Positions 39,571 through 49,811 of a DNA stretch of 64,000 bases are shown here, piece by piece. Positions within the stretch are counted from its first letter, which is position 1. Each line of letters opens with the position of its first letter. The DNA is from an uncultured delta proteobacterium. GTDB taxonomy: Bacteria; Desulfobacterota; Desulfobacteria; Desulfobacterales; B30-G6. The notes beneath the pieces are model-generated. The model saw nothing but the letters and a program-made list of their open reading frames with translations. It was not told where the DNA came from and made no database searches. Both the position numbers and the translations under genes were made by a program. Where the stretch lies: the NCBI GenBank assembly GCA_963823335.1, contig CAWGLD010000005.1, positions 224,001-288,000 of the forward strand, read 5' to 3'.

Positions 39571-40416
39571 ATGGTTAAGGTAAATGTAACAAGTATGATT
39601 AAGAAAAACATGATTGGCTTTCTTTTTTTTACGATGCAGTTGGTTGCTGTGTCGCTGACCTGGGCGGGGCCTTATCCACCCAGTGCGGACGAGTTCGGAT
39701 CCCATGCCATATCCATGAATGATTCTGCGCTGATATCCTGGGCCATCGGATACAGCGACTATCTTGTGGGGCAAAATGTGGATAAGACCTGGCAGGTTCC
39801 GGGAAATGCATTGGGGCCGGCAGAAGGTAATTCCTTTGACATCGTCGCCTTGGGAAGCGGCGGCAGGATCACGCTGAGATTTGATCCGCCCATCGAAAAC
39901 GGTGAGGGCTGGGATTTTGCTGTCTTTGAGAATTCTTTCAGCGATCGATATCTGGAACTGGCTTATGTAGAGGTTTCATCCAACGGAATTGATTTTGTTC
40001 GTTTTGATGCCATTTCTCTGACCCCCCATCCCGTACCGGGGTTCGGTAACATCGATCCTACGGATGTGGATGGTCTGGCCGGTAAATATCGACAGGGTTA
40101 CGGGACCCCTTTTGATCTCGAGGAGATTTCGGATAAGCCCGGAGTGCTTTCCGGAGATGTCGACCTTTCCAGTATATCCTTCATCAGAATTGTCGATGTC
40201 GTTGGTGACGGTACCTTTCTGGACAGTCTCGGGGAGGTCATCTATGATCCATATCCCACGGCCGGTAGCGCGGGATTCGATCTCGATGCCGTGGGGGTTT
40301 CAAACGGCGCACCTTATCCGGACGGCGAATATATCCCACCCAGCGCCCCGCCGGAAAATGGCGATTCCGGGTTTGGTGAGGATACGGGGTGCTTTATTTC
40401 AGCAGTGCTGTCGTAA
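39571..40416 (+). CDS. Secreted BtuH-like protein with C-terminal CFI tag
   Basis: Signal peptide; [38 protein letters not shown]; tail [18 protein letters not shown]; start uncertain. Confidence 0.6.
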   Translation: MVKVNVTSMIKKNMIGFLFFTMQLVAVSLTWAGPYPPSADEFGSHAISMNDSALISWAIGYSDYLVGQNVDKTWQVPGNALGPAEGNSFDIVALGSGGRITLRFDPPIENGEGWDFAVFENSFSDRYLELAYVEVSSNGIDFVRFDAISLTPHPVPGFGNIDPTDVDGLAGKYRQGYGTPFDLEEISDKPGVLSGDVDLSSISFIRIVDVVGDGTFLDSLGEVIYDPYPTAGSAGFDLDAVGVSNGAPYPDGEYIPPSAPPENGDSGFGEDTGCFISAVLS

Positions 40417-41038
40417 AAATAGCCAGATTTCCCAGGATATGGATGGTTATGGGCACCATGAGGTTTTTTTCTTTTTCATAGGCCAGGGCAAACAGGATGC
40501 CGCCGACGATCTGTGGCAATGGAATCCGATGGAAGATTGCATGGGCCAAGACGAAGGCAGTCGTGCTGAAAAGAAGCGCCGCCCACATTCCCCAGCGCCG
40601 GAAGTACCCATAGAGCATGCCCCGGAAAAAAATCTCTTCGGCCACCGGACTGATGATACCGCCCACCACAAATAATAAAAACAGGCCTGGTTGTGTTGAG
40701 GAGATATTGGCGGCAATCAGATCTGCGGGATGCAGACCAGTTATCATCAGAATGACAGCCACCAGACCGACCATCAATCCGAACCCCGCCGACCAGAGAA
40801 ACCCTCTTAACAGACCATAGGTGATACGTTTCGGGAGAATACCGAGTGTTTTGATGCCGCCTGACTCGGTCATGTAGACGATCGTCAGAAGGAGTATGAT
40901 TTCGAGACTCCTGGCGCCACCGACAATGAGAATGGCTGCAGCGCTAAGGTTGTTCATGAGCGTTGCCAGCGATTCAATTATCAGAATGGCCGCCATGCCA
41001 AGCCCTACAGTTTTCAGTTTGATGCGATCTGTTTCCAA
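40394..41038 (-). CDS. CPBP (Abi/CAAX-like) intramembrane glutamic endopeptidase
   Basis: EEIFFRG, FVLAH, HILGN; multiple TM segments. Confidence 0.9.
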   Translation of the reverse strand: METDRIKLKTVGLGMAAILIIESLATLMNNLSAAAILIVGGARSLEIILLLTIVYMTESGGIKTLGILPKRITYGLLRGFLWSAGFGLMVGLVAVILMITGLHPADLIAANISSTQPGLFLLFVVGGIISPVAEEIFFRGMLYGYFRRWGMWAALLFSTTAFVLAHAIFHRIPLPQIVGGILFALAYEKEKNLMVPITIHILGNLAIFTTALLK

Positions 41039-42537
41039 CCCAGTTTCCTCAGTGCATTATAGGCGTATAACTGGACATACCAGTGATCAGACGTCTTAAT
41101 AGTTTCCAGAAGTCTTGCCGTGGTTTTCCGGAATTTCCTTTTTCCCATGCTGTAAAGCGCCTGACACACCACATTGGGGTGGGGATCTCGCATGAGGGTG
41201 ATCAGGTGTGTTTCGTCATCGGGGTGCCTGCCTGTTCCCAGGTTTCTGGCCAGCCAGTAACGAACCGGTATCGATGGGTGCTGTGACAGGTCTTTGGTAA
41301 GATCGAATTGATGCAGATCCAACCTGTTTGCTTCAATCTGCTTGAGTGCCTGGACCGTATCTTTCCAGTTGTCCGACGCAAGCATTCCGGGCAGGCTCTC
41401 AATTGTGAGGTCTTTTTTATCCCGCATGGGCATCAACATGAGCAACAGGATGCCCAACAGGCAGCAGACGACGATGCCGGCAATGGCAGATGACTGCCTG
41501 CCAAGGAAGCATGAGAATCCCCGGCACAACAGTCCGTTGAACAGCCAATAGAGTATCAGGGGGAATCCCACCAGCAATGATATTGATGTTGCTGCGCGAA
41601 AATGGATATAGGCATCATTGCTCTTGGACAGATCCTGCAGGATTTGTCGCGTATTTTCAAAAAAATCCTGCAGATCCGTCTCTATGACTGCCTGTCGACT
41701 TCCAGACAATCGTATACGTTCTTTTTCGACCGTGACTTCAAGGTCCGCCTTTCCCCTTCCATCGATCAATAAATAGTCGTAGTTGCCGAGCTTTCTTTTT
41801 AATTGCTTATATTCCCGGGAACCTTCTGACCCCGAGAGGTGATAGGTCTTGATCAGTTTTTGATTCAGGTTGCGAAAGACTTCTGCTGGATACAGGGTAT
41901 ACTGATAATAGAAGTCGTTGAGGTGTACGCCCGGAGCATTCGACAATAAAAGGTTGTCTCTGATATTGATATAGAGAGAGGCATTCATCTGGGTCGACCA
42001 GAGAAAGGCCAACAGCGAAACGACCAGAAAATGCAGCGATAGCGTCAGCCGGGAATGCCGTCCCGGATCGTTGGGGCTTAAAAGCAGGAAAAGTATGACC
42101 ACAACAGCAGGAATAAGGATGGCATGCAGGGTCGGCATGAGCACGAAGCCATGCCAGTTAAGGGCTGTTATCGACGATGCCCACAGCCCCAGGAAGACAA
42201 ATAGAAAACCCTTGTTCATGCGGCACAGGTATTTCCAGATCCAGACACACGCCAGGGATGCCAGAGAAATGCCCACCCCTACAGTGAGGGTGAAAAAGAG
42301 CCCACCGTTAAAGGCAGGGGATATCATTTTGAGTGTCGGTAATATCTTTTGGTTGGGGACCGTGAGAAAGCCGGCCTGGGCAAGCCAAAACATTTTCTCA
42401 TAAAGCGCCAGGTTGCTGATGAATACCTGTACCGTGCCAATTGTCTGTGCCAGGAGTAGGCCGGAACCGACAGATATGGATGCTGAAAACCGTGTTTTCA
42501 ATGTGCAGGTTCCTTTTTGTCTCGGAGCTATGAACAA
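41014..42537 (-). CDS. Polytopic membrane protein with C-terminal HEAT repeats
   Basis: Several TM segments; [30 protein letters not shown]. Confidence 0.7.
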   Translation of the reverse strand: MFIAPRQKGTCTLKTRFSASISVGSGLLLAQTIGTVQVFISNLALYEKMFWLAQAGFLTVPNQKILPTLKMISPAFNGGLFFTLTVGVGISLASLACVWIWKYLCRMNKGFLFVFLGLWASSITALNWHGFVLMPTLHAILIPAVVVILFLLLSPNDPGRHSRLTLSLHFLVVSLLAFLWSTQMNASLYINIRDNLLLSNAPGVHLNDFYYQYTLYPAEVFRNLNQKLIKTYHLSGSEGSREYKQLKRKLGNYDYLLIDGRGKADLEVTVEKERIRLSGSRQAVIETDLQDFFENTRQILQDLSKSNDAYIHFRAATSISLLVGFPLILYWLFNGLLCRGFSCFLGRQSSAIAGIVVCCLLGILLLMLMPMRDKKDLTIESLPGMLASDNWKDTVQALKQIEANRLDLHQFDLTKDLSQHPSIPVRYWLARNLGTGRHPDDETHLITLMRDPHPNVVCQALYSMGKRKFRKTTARLLETIKTSDHWYVQLYAYNALRKLGWKQIASN

Positions 42538-42853
42538 AAAGAAGGTGAATATCGCGGCTGCTGGATAATCCCTGTTCGACTGTGAAAAACTCAGACAGTT
42601 TCACAGTCACTCAGAGATCACCCATCAGCCTTAGGGTCTTACCTCTGTTTGGTTTACAGGCCCGTTTTGTTTAATGTTTGAGACTTATAGCGATGACGTA
42701 TACCATATATGGCAACCCTTGGGCAAATACCAATCTTTTCTTGTCTATTCAAAGGAATTGGGATATAAAAATCGTTTTATTGAAGAGCATCCATAAGCCG
42801 TAAGCTATTTGCGGCTTATGGCTTAATGCTTACAGCTTGAAAAAGAGGTTATC

Positions 42854-44227
42854 ATGAAAATTATCGTGGCAGGTACAGGGTATGTAGGGCTCGTCCATGC
42901 AGCGGTCTGCTCGGAGTTCGGTCATGAAGTGATCGCTTATGATAATGATGAAGAGAAAATAGAGGCATTCTCCAGTGGGGAGACGGACCGAATCCTTCAA
43001 TATGTCAATGAGCCTGGATTGGCCGACATCATCCGGAAGGTCTATGGGAAGCATCTTTTCTTTTCTACGAGCCTGAAGGATATTGTCGAGGGAACGGATG
43101 TGATTTTTCTGTGTCTGCCTACGCCTCCCAACCTGGATGGCTCCACCAACCTGACCTATTACGATGCCGCCCTTGAAGTTATCGCAAAACACCTGCAGGA
43201 CCGGAAAGATCTGAGACGGGTCGTGGTCGTCAACAAAAGCACCGTACCCATCGGTACGGCAAACCACCTGAAATCGGTCCTGGAGCGCAACAAGGTCGAA
43301 AATGTCGGTGTGGCCTCCAATCCTGAGTTTCTTGCCGAGGGGACAGCGGTGCCGGAGGCCAGAAAACCGGATAGAATCATCGTGGGATGTAATGATGATG
43401 AAGATTTTATCCTTCTGCAGCGGGTTTATTCCAAATTCGTTCACCATGTGCAGACAAAATATATCGAGACCTCCCCGGAAACCGCCGAAGCCATCAAGTA
43501 TGTGGCCAATACCATGCTTCTGACCTATATATCGTTCTGGAACGGCATCGGTGCAAAACTGGGTGAGAAAATACCGAATGTGAAGATCGACGACCTGCGG
43601 CTTGGCGTCACGGCAGACAAACGCATCAGTACCTGGGGCTCGTTTGTCAGTAACGGTGCCGGTGGGAGCTGCTTTGGCAAGGATATCGCCTCCCTGATAT
43701 ACCAATTGCGACGGGCGAACGTCGACACAAAGATGTTGGAGGCTTCCTTCGAGGTCAATGAAAACCAGAAAGTCTATCTGGTGGATCGTGCCATCACCGA
43801 AAGTGGTTTCCAGTTCAATAACAAAACCATAGCTGTACTGGGTCTGGCTTTCAAGAAAAACACCAACGACATGCGTGATGCATCATCCATCAAGGCCATA
43901 GAACGTTTGCTGGGCAAAGGTGTTTCGTCCATAAGAGCTTACGATCCCCTGGCCAATGATGCTGCCAGGCTGGAATTCAATCCTTCCAGAAATGTGTTGT
44001 TTGAAAAAATACAGTATTTTGACTCGGCCAGGTCGGCCATCAAAGGATCGGATGCCCTGTTTATTTCTTCGGATTGCGAAGAATTTCGAGGGCTTTCCCG
44101 AACCATCGAAGATACGGCGGCCCCGCCGTATCTTATCTTGGATGGCAGACGCATGATCCCGGACTTTGAAATACTTGTGAAAAAAGGGTATACATACTTG
44201 GCAGTCGGATCCATGGTAATGGGTTAG
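42854..44227 (+). CDS. ugd: UDP-glucose/GDP-mannose 6-dehydrogenase
   Basis: GTGYVG, KSTVPIGT, SNPEFL, GGSCFGKD, GLAFK. Confidence 0.92.
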   Translation: MKIIVAGTGYVGLVHAAVCSEFGHEVIAYDNDEEKIEAFSSGETDRILQYVNEPGLADIIRKVYGKHLFFSTSLKDIVEGTDVIFLCLPTPPNLDGSTNLTYYDAALEVIAKHLQDRKDLRRVVVVNKSTVPIGTANHLKSVLERNKVENVGVASNPEFLAEGTAVPEARKPDRIIVGCNDDEDFILLQRVYSKFVHHVQTKYIETSPETAEAIKYVANTMLLTYISFWNGIGAKLGEKIPNVKIDDLRLGVTADKRISTWGSFVSNGAGGSCFGKDIASLIYQLRRANVDTKMLEASFEVNENQKVYLVDRAITESGFQFNNKTIAVLGLAFKKNTNDMRDASSIKAIERLLGKGVSSIRAYDPLANDAARLEFNPSRNVLFEKIQYFDSARSAIKGSDALFISSDCEEFRGLSRTIEDTAAPPYLILDGRRMIPDFEILVKKGYTYLAVGSMVMG

Positions 44228-44283
44228 GCTTGGATCCAGGCGGCTATTAGCATGTAGCTGTTAGCTGATAGCTCGATTAAAAG

Positions 44284-44539
44284 TTAAATCTCAACTTTCG
44301 GGGTTCAGTGAACGCGAAATGAATAATCCCCTGGCGCTTTGCGAACTCGCCGCAAGGGCTCCTAACATCAGCACTTGCCATAAAGTTTAACAGGTATGAC
44401 TGTTAAATGATCGGGTTTTCATATTGGATTTTCATTGTCCTGCGCTGATGTAAGGAGCCCTAAGCGCCTCAAACAGCGCAAATCGCCATTGGATCACCCA
44501 TTTCGCTCTATCTATGACGAAACCCGAAAGTTGAGTTAA
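44284..44539. mobile_element. MITE family A, full-length copy (about 256 bp)
   Basis: TIRs TTAAATCTCAACTTTCGGG / CCCGAAAGTTGAGTTAA; right end repeated at 112-199 and 55832-55877. Confidence 0.75.
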
Positions 44540-44646
44540 GTGTCTTGTTACCATCGGACAAAAGCAGATGAGAGAAGCGGGAATTATTAAAATAAGCGGC
44601 GAAGCCGCGTCAAATAAAATCACGCAGTGATTTTATGGGGGTATGG

Positions 44647-47451
44647 ATGGATTACAAACAAACCTTGAATTTGCCCAAGACGAAATTTCCCATGAAGGCC
44701 AATCTGGCGGTTCGTGAGCCGGAACAGATTGCTGAATGGGAAACCTTAAAACTTTATGACAGAATTCGTGAGGAATCCAGGGAGCGGGAACCCTTTATCC
44801 TGCATGACGGCCCTCCTTATGCCAACGGCAATATTCATATCGGTACGGCCTTAAACAAGATTCTGAAAGATATTATTGTTCGTTCGCGCCAGATGTCCGG
44901 GTTCAATGCCACCTACGTTCCTGGATGGGACTGCCACGGCCTGCCCATCGAGCATAATGTCGACAAGGAAATGGGTGACAGGAAAAAAGAGATTTCCCAG
45001 GCGGATTTCCGTCGCAAGTGTCGGGCCTATGCTGAAAAGTGGATAGATATACAGCGGGAAGAATTCAAACGGCTGGGGGTCATGGGTGAATGGGAGAACC
45101 CGTACCTGACCATGAAATACCGCTACGAAGCGATTATCGCCACCGAATGCCTGAAGTTCGGGCTCAACGGCACTCTTTTCAGAAGCAAGAAACCGATTCA
45201 CTGGTGCTGTAGCTGTCAAACCGCCCTGGCAGAAGCCGAAATCGAATACCATGATGAAACCTCCCCATCCATTTATGTCAAATTTCCCATGATTGACGGG
45301 CTGGATGACGAAATACCGGCACTCAAGGGCAAGACGGTATCGGTAATTATCTGGACAACGACACCCTGGACGATACCGGCAAATCTGGCCATTACCCTGC
45401 ATCCCAATTTTATCTATGCGGCTGTGGATGTGGGCAACAACGATGTTTATATCCTCGCCAGGGAACTGGTGGAAAACTGCATGCAGACTTTCGGTATTTC
45501 CGACTATACAATTCTGGCCGAAATCGAGGCGTCGACACTGGAACGGAAAAAATGCCGTCATCCCCTTTACGACAGGGAATCCATGCTGATACTTGGCGAC
45601 CATGTAACCCTGGAAGCTGGAACCGGCTGTGTTCACACGGCTCCGGGTCATGGCCGGGAAGACTACGAAGTTGGGCTGGCATACGGTATCGACGCCTATT
45701 CTCCGGTGGACGATGACGGTCGTTTCACCGATGAGGTGGATCTTTTCAAGGGTGGCTTTGTTTTTGACACCAATAAAGCCATCAATGACACCTTGAATGA
45801 AGCCGGGGCCTTGCTGGCCAGTGAAAGCATCAAGCATTCCTATCCCCATTGCTGGCGGTGCAAAAAACCCGTGATATTCCGGGCAACTCCCCAGTGGTTT
45901 ATCTCGATGGATAAGACCGGTCTGAGGGAAAAGAGCCTGAAAGCCATTGATAAGGTTGAGTGGATACCGCATTGGGGAAAAGACCGGATATTCGGAATGA
46001 TCGAAAACCGCCCGGACTGGTGTATCTCACGGCAGCGGGCGTGGGGGGTTCCCATTGCGGCTTTTTATTGCAAAGACTGTGAAACACTGCTCTTGAACCA
46101 GGAGATGATCGACAACGTATTTCGATTGTTTGAAGCGCACGGCGCTGATGCATGGTTTGAAAGGGATACCAGTGAAATACTTCCCAAAGACGCAAGCTGT
46201 GAAAACTGTGGGAGTCAAACATTTGTCAAGGAAACCGATATTCTGGATGTGTGGTTTGACTCCGGTGTGAGCCACGCTGCCGTGCTCGAAGATCGGGACT
46301 ACTTGCGATGGCCCGCGGAACTCTATCTGGAAGGGAGCGATCAGCACCGGGGCTGGTTTCACAGCTCACTTCTGACTGCGGTGGGCACCCGGGGAAGTGC
46401 GCCCTATAAATCTGTTTTGACCCATGGGTTCGTGGTGGATGCCGATGGCCGCAAGATGTCAAAATCCATCGGAAACGTCATTGCACCCAAAAAAGTGATC
46501 GATAAATACGGCGCAGAGATTTTGCGTCTCTGGGTGGCGGCATCCGATTACAGGGACGATATCCGCATTTCTGAAAATATCTTGAGACAGCTCAGCGATG
46601 CCTATCGCCGTATTCGCAACACAAGTCGTTTCATGCTTGGAAACCTGTACGACTTTGATCCTGAAAAGGACAGTGTCACTTATGACGAAATGCCGGAAGT
46701 CGATCAATATGCACTGCATCGGCTTTACAGAATCATCGAAAAGACGCGCAAGGCCTACAACACCTATGAATTTCATGTGATTTATCATGCACTCTACAAT
46801 TTTTGTACACTGGATCTGTCTGCTTTCTATCTGGATATCCTGAAGGACCGTCTTTATACGTCACCACCGACGTCCGTGGCAAGACGAAGCGCCCAGACCG
46901 TCATGTGTGCCATCCTGGATGCCATGGGACGACTGATGAGCCCGATTCTACCTTTCACGGCTGAGGAGATCTGGAAATATATGCCCGGCCGGAATGAACA
47001 AGGAGAGAGTATCCATCTGCAGAGTCTCCCTGAGGCCAAGACCGTATGGAAAAACGATGCATTGGCCAAAAACTGGAAACTGTTGCTCGAGATCCGTGGC
47101 GAGGTTACCAAAGCGCTCGAAGAGGCCAGAACGCAGAAACTGATCGGTCACCCCCTCGATGCCGCTGTGACCTTGTCCGTTGATCCAGAAACGTATAAAA
47201 AATTGAAGCCATATTCAGAGGATCTAAGATTTATCCTCATTGTGTCCCAGGCGGATCTGACCAAGGGTCCCCTGGACGGGCACACTTTTCAGAGCGACGA
47301 TATCGAGGGCCTCAGCATAGAAGTGGCGCCTTCGCAAGGGACAAAATGTGAGCGGTGTTGGACGCACAGTCCCTCTGTCGGGTCACATGAGAGCTTTCCC
47401 ACCATCTGTGATCGTTGCGTGGGCACCATGGAGAAGTTAGATATAGCTTGA
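44647..47451 (+). CDS. ileS: Isoleucyl-tRNA synthetase
   Basis: [35 protein letters not shown]-terminal CERCW. Confidence 0.98.
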   Translation: MDYKQTLNLPKTKFPMKANLAVREPEQIAEWETLKLYDRIREESREREPFILHDGPPYANGNIHIGTALNKILKDIIVRSRQMSGFNATYVPGWDCHGLPIEHNVDKEMGDRKKEISQADFRRKCRAYAEKWIDIQREEFKRLGVMGEWENPYLTMKYRYEAIIATECLKFGLNGTLFRSKKPIHWCCSCQTALAEAEIEYHDETSPSIYVKFPMIDGLDDEIPALKGKTVSVIIWTTTPWTIPANLAITLHPNFIYAAVDVGNNDVYILARELVENCMQTFGISDYTILAEIEASTLERKKCRHPLYDRESMLILGDHVTLEAGTGCVHTAPGHGREDYEVGLAYGIDAYSPVDDDGRFTDEVDLFKGGFVFDTNKAINDTLNEAGALLASESIKHSYPHCWRCKKPVIFRATPQWFISMDKTGLREKSLKAIDKVEWIPHWGKDRIFGMIENRPDWCISRQRAWGVPIAAFYCKDCETLLLNQEMIDNVFRLFEAHGADAWFERDTSEILPKDASCENCGSQTFVKETDILDVWFDSGVSHAAVLEDRDYLRWPAELYLEGSDQHRGWFHSSLLTAVGTRGSAPYKSVLTHGFVVDADGRKMSKSIGNVIAPKKVIDKYGAEILRLWVAASDYRDDIRISENILRQLSDAYRRIRNTSRFMLGNLYDFDPEKDSVTYDEMPEVDQYALHRLYRIIEKTRKAYNTYEFHVIYHALYNFCTLDLSAFYLDILKDRLYTSPPTSVARRSAQTVMCAILDAMGRLMSPILPFTAEEIWKYMPGRNEQGESIHLQSLPEAKTVWKNDALAKNWKLLLEIRGEVTKALEEARTQKLIGHPLDAAVTLSVDPETYKKLKPYSEDLRFILIVSQADLTKGPLDGHTFQSDDIEGLSIEVAPSQGTKCERCWTHSPSVGSHESFPTICDRCVGTMEKLDIA

Positions 47452-47472
47452 GTGCTTCAATAAAAGGAATAT

Positions 47473-47994
47473 TTGGAATATGAGCTTAGAAGTGGGGGCC
47501 CCGTGTCGGCAATTTTAGGAAACCGGTATGCCAAACTGGTGATGATCGCCGGAACTGTCTGCATCGTGGATCAGCTTGTGAAGGCCCTGATTGTATCCAT
47601 GGTTCCTGTATACCAGACGATTTCGGTCATTCCTGGATTTTTTAACCTGACACACATATATAATCCCGGAGGGGCATTTGGCTTCTTGTCCGGCAGTCCA
47701 TCGGAGCTGCGACATCTTTTTTTTGTGGTCGCATCGGTGGTGGCTATGGGTCTGATCATCTTTCTCTATGCCAAGACACCGTCCGGCCAGGGCTTGCTGG
47801 AATTCGGGCTGTCTTTGATCCTGGGTGGGGCTGTCGGTAATATTATAGACAGAATTCGTCTTGGAAAGGTGATCGACTTTCTCGATGTTTATGTCAAAGG
47901 TATTCACTGGCCTGCATTTAATGTCGCCGACAGTGCCATCACCATAGGTATCGGCTTATTTATTTATCATCTGCTCTTCAAAGAACTCAATTGA
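47473..47994 (+). CDS. lspA: Lipoprotein signal peptidase II
   Basis: DQLVK, NPGGAFG, GNIIDR, VIDF, FNVAD. Confidence 0.96.
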   Translation: MEYELRSGGPVSAILGNRYAKLVMIAGTVCIVDQLVKALIVSMVPVYQTISVIPGFFNLTHIYNPGGAFGFLSGSPSELRHLFFVVASVVAMGLIIFLYAKTPSGQGLLEFGLSLILGGAVGNIIDRIRLGKVIDFLDVYVKGIHWPAFNVADSAITIGIGLFIYHLLFKELN

Positions 47995-49274
47995 CGTCCA
48001 TCAAACACAACGAGATTCAGCAGTATTTAAAGCGCTTAAGCCAGGACAAAGGATCGGTTTTTTATCCGGTTTGCCTGTTGCACGGAGAGGAAGTGTTGAC
48101 CAAGGCCGCGCTTCAAAGCGTGTTGAACCTTCTCATGCCTGGGTCAGCCAGGCAATACAGTTACGAAACCTGGGAAGGCATACCTGAGAACGTCTTTGCT
48201 GCTGTGCAGTATTTGAACACCTATGCGCTGCTTAACAGCGGCAAGGTTGTGGCCCTGCTGAACAGTTCTCTTTTCTCTGCAACCCAAAAAGGAACACCCC
48301 CGTCTGACGACGCCCGTCAAGGACGGTCGACACCCGGTGATGCCGCTGAAATACTGATGACGGCCCTGTCGGAAAAATTTCCAGACAATCATTATTTAAT
48401 CATGACGGCAGAATCCGTTGATAAACGTCGACGGCTCTACAAGGTTGTGGAAAATGCCGGTCTGGTGGTTGACTGTTCCGTGCCACAGGGTGACCGTCAG
48501 GCGGACAGGGTCGCACAGGAGTCCGTTCTCAGAGAAAGCATGCAGAGCCTTCTTTCACAACACGATAAAATTCTGGAACCTTCAGCATTTGAAGCGCTCT
48601 GTGACATGACCGGGTTCGACATCCGAACATTTCAGAACAATCTCAACAAGCTTATCGATTATGTAGGTGACCGGAAAAATATCGCTCTGGAGGACATTTC
48701 GATTGCCCTGGAGCGGACCAAGCAGGACCCTATTTATGCATTCACGAATGCCTTGTCGGAAAAAGATGTTGGGAACGTGTTGTTTTATATGGATTCACTG
48801 CTTTCGAACGGATATCACGAACTGCAGCTTGTGGCGGCAGCGGTCAATCAGATCAGGCGTTTGCTGGTCATCAGAGACTTTGCGACAACAGTTGCCGGTG
48901 GTACCTGGCAGGCCGGTATGTCCTACAATACTTTCCGGGGCCATGTCATGCCCCTGATTCAAAAGCATGACACGGCTTTGAAGGAACAGCTCGCGGATTG
49001 GGACCGGTCTCTTGCGGGTGACGCGGAGACGGCCGGTGAGTCAAAAAAGCGAGTGACCGGGAGCGACCTTTTGATTGCTCCGAACCCGAACAATGCCTAT
49101 CCTGTTTACAAACTGATGCAAAATGCTGTGACATTCCATGTTGCAGAACTTCTTGACGCGCTGAAGACGCTCGGTCGAGCGGACCGGTATCTCAAATCTT
49201 CGGGGCAGCCACCCAGAGCGATTCTGGCCGATGCAGTATTGAATATATGTAGTGGGTTAAGATCGCATAGTTAA
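47991..49274 (+). CDS. holA: DNA polymerase III delta subunit
   Basis: LLHGEE, VDKRRRLYK, LNKLIDY, ADRYLKS. Confidence 0.8.
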   Translation: MTSIKHNEIQQYLKRLSQDKGSVFYPVCLLHGEEVLTKAALQSVLNLLMPGSARQYSYETWEGIPENVFAAVQYLNTYALLNSGKVVALLNSSLFSATQKGTPPSDDARQGRSTPGDAAEILMTALSEKFPDNHYLIMTAESVDKRRRLYKVVENAGLVVDCSVPQGDRQADRVAQESVLRESMQSLLSQHDKILEPSAFEALCDMTGFDIRTFQNNLNKLIDYVGDRKNIALEDISIALERTKQDPIYAFTNALSEKDVGNVLFYMDSLLSNGYHELQLVAAAVNQIRRLLVIRDFATTVAGGTWQAGMSYNTFRGHVMPLIQKHDTALKEQLADWDRSLAGDAETAGESKKRVTGSDLLIAPNPNNAYPVYKLMQNAVTFHVAELLDALKTLGRADRYLKSSGQPPRAILADAVLNICSGLRSHS

Positions 49275-49303
49275 ATAAAAACATGAGGGTTTGCGGGGCA
49301 ATA

Positions 49304-49415
49304 AATGACGCGCGTAGCGCTAATGACGCCTGAAAGGCAAATGTCATCCGCAGGATAAATTGCACCCGTAAGGGTAAATATCGTCCGAAGGACTAATGAC
49401 ACCCGAAGGGCAAAT
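49304..49415. repeat. Tandem array of six 18-19 nt mini-hairpin units
   Basis: AATGAC-like linker plus 4-bp stem and GNA loop; stems differ between units but stay paired. Confidence 0.85.
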
Positions 49416-49418
49416 AGT

Positions 49419-49631
49419 ATGCTAAAGTTTGTTAAACAACAGGAACAAAAATTGGCCATGCGGCTCCTGGCCTGGCACTATGAGAAAAACTCCATTGTGA
49501 TGCCGCCGCCTTCCGAATTGAGGCAACAGGCCGAGCGTCTTGTCAATGACGCCCATCGCATCGCGAGGGAGAGGGGACGCAATGTGATGTCGATTATCAA
49601 GGACCTGGTTGCGGATATCAAGAAAGGTTAG
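49419..49631 (+). CDS. Small helical hypothetical protein
   Basis: 70-aa ORF, amphipathic helical pattern, same strand as neighbours. Confidence 0.6.
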   Translation: MLKFVKQQEQKLAMRLLAWHYEKNSIVMPPPSELRQQAERLVNDAHRIARERGRNVMSIIKDLVADIKKG

Positions 49632-49655
49632 AAACCCGTAGCACACTGTTCATCA

Positions 49656-49707
49656 ATTGAAGAACCTCGCAGCAAGCTACGGGGAATGCGCTCGCTGTTG
49701 CGGTTCA
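49656..49707 (+). repeat. REP-like family B copy
   Basis: ATTGAAGAACCTCGCAGCAAGCTACGGGGAATGCGCTCGCTGTTGCGGTTCA. Confidence 0.8.
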
Positions 49708-49811
49708 TTATCGGTTGCAAAAAAGAAAACGAGTATGTTAAGAAAATAATTTAATAGCGATAAGCGATAAGCCGTTAGCAGCGTATTGCTTATACACAGG
49801 TTAATAAACAC

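Noticed and set aside
44230-44646. T-box leader of ileS
   Set aside because: No T-box consensus seen; the region is explained by repeats
42830-45972. Long antisense ORFs (42830-43705, 44851-45972) and similar shadows
   Set aside because: Opposite well-conserved genes with no recognisable motifs
49304-49415. Hairpin array as CRISPR
   Set aside because: 18-nt period, 6-7 nt constant part, variable part self-complementary, no cas genes
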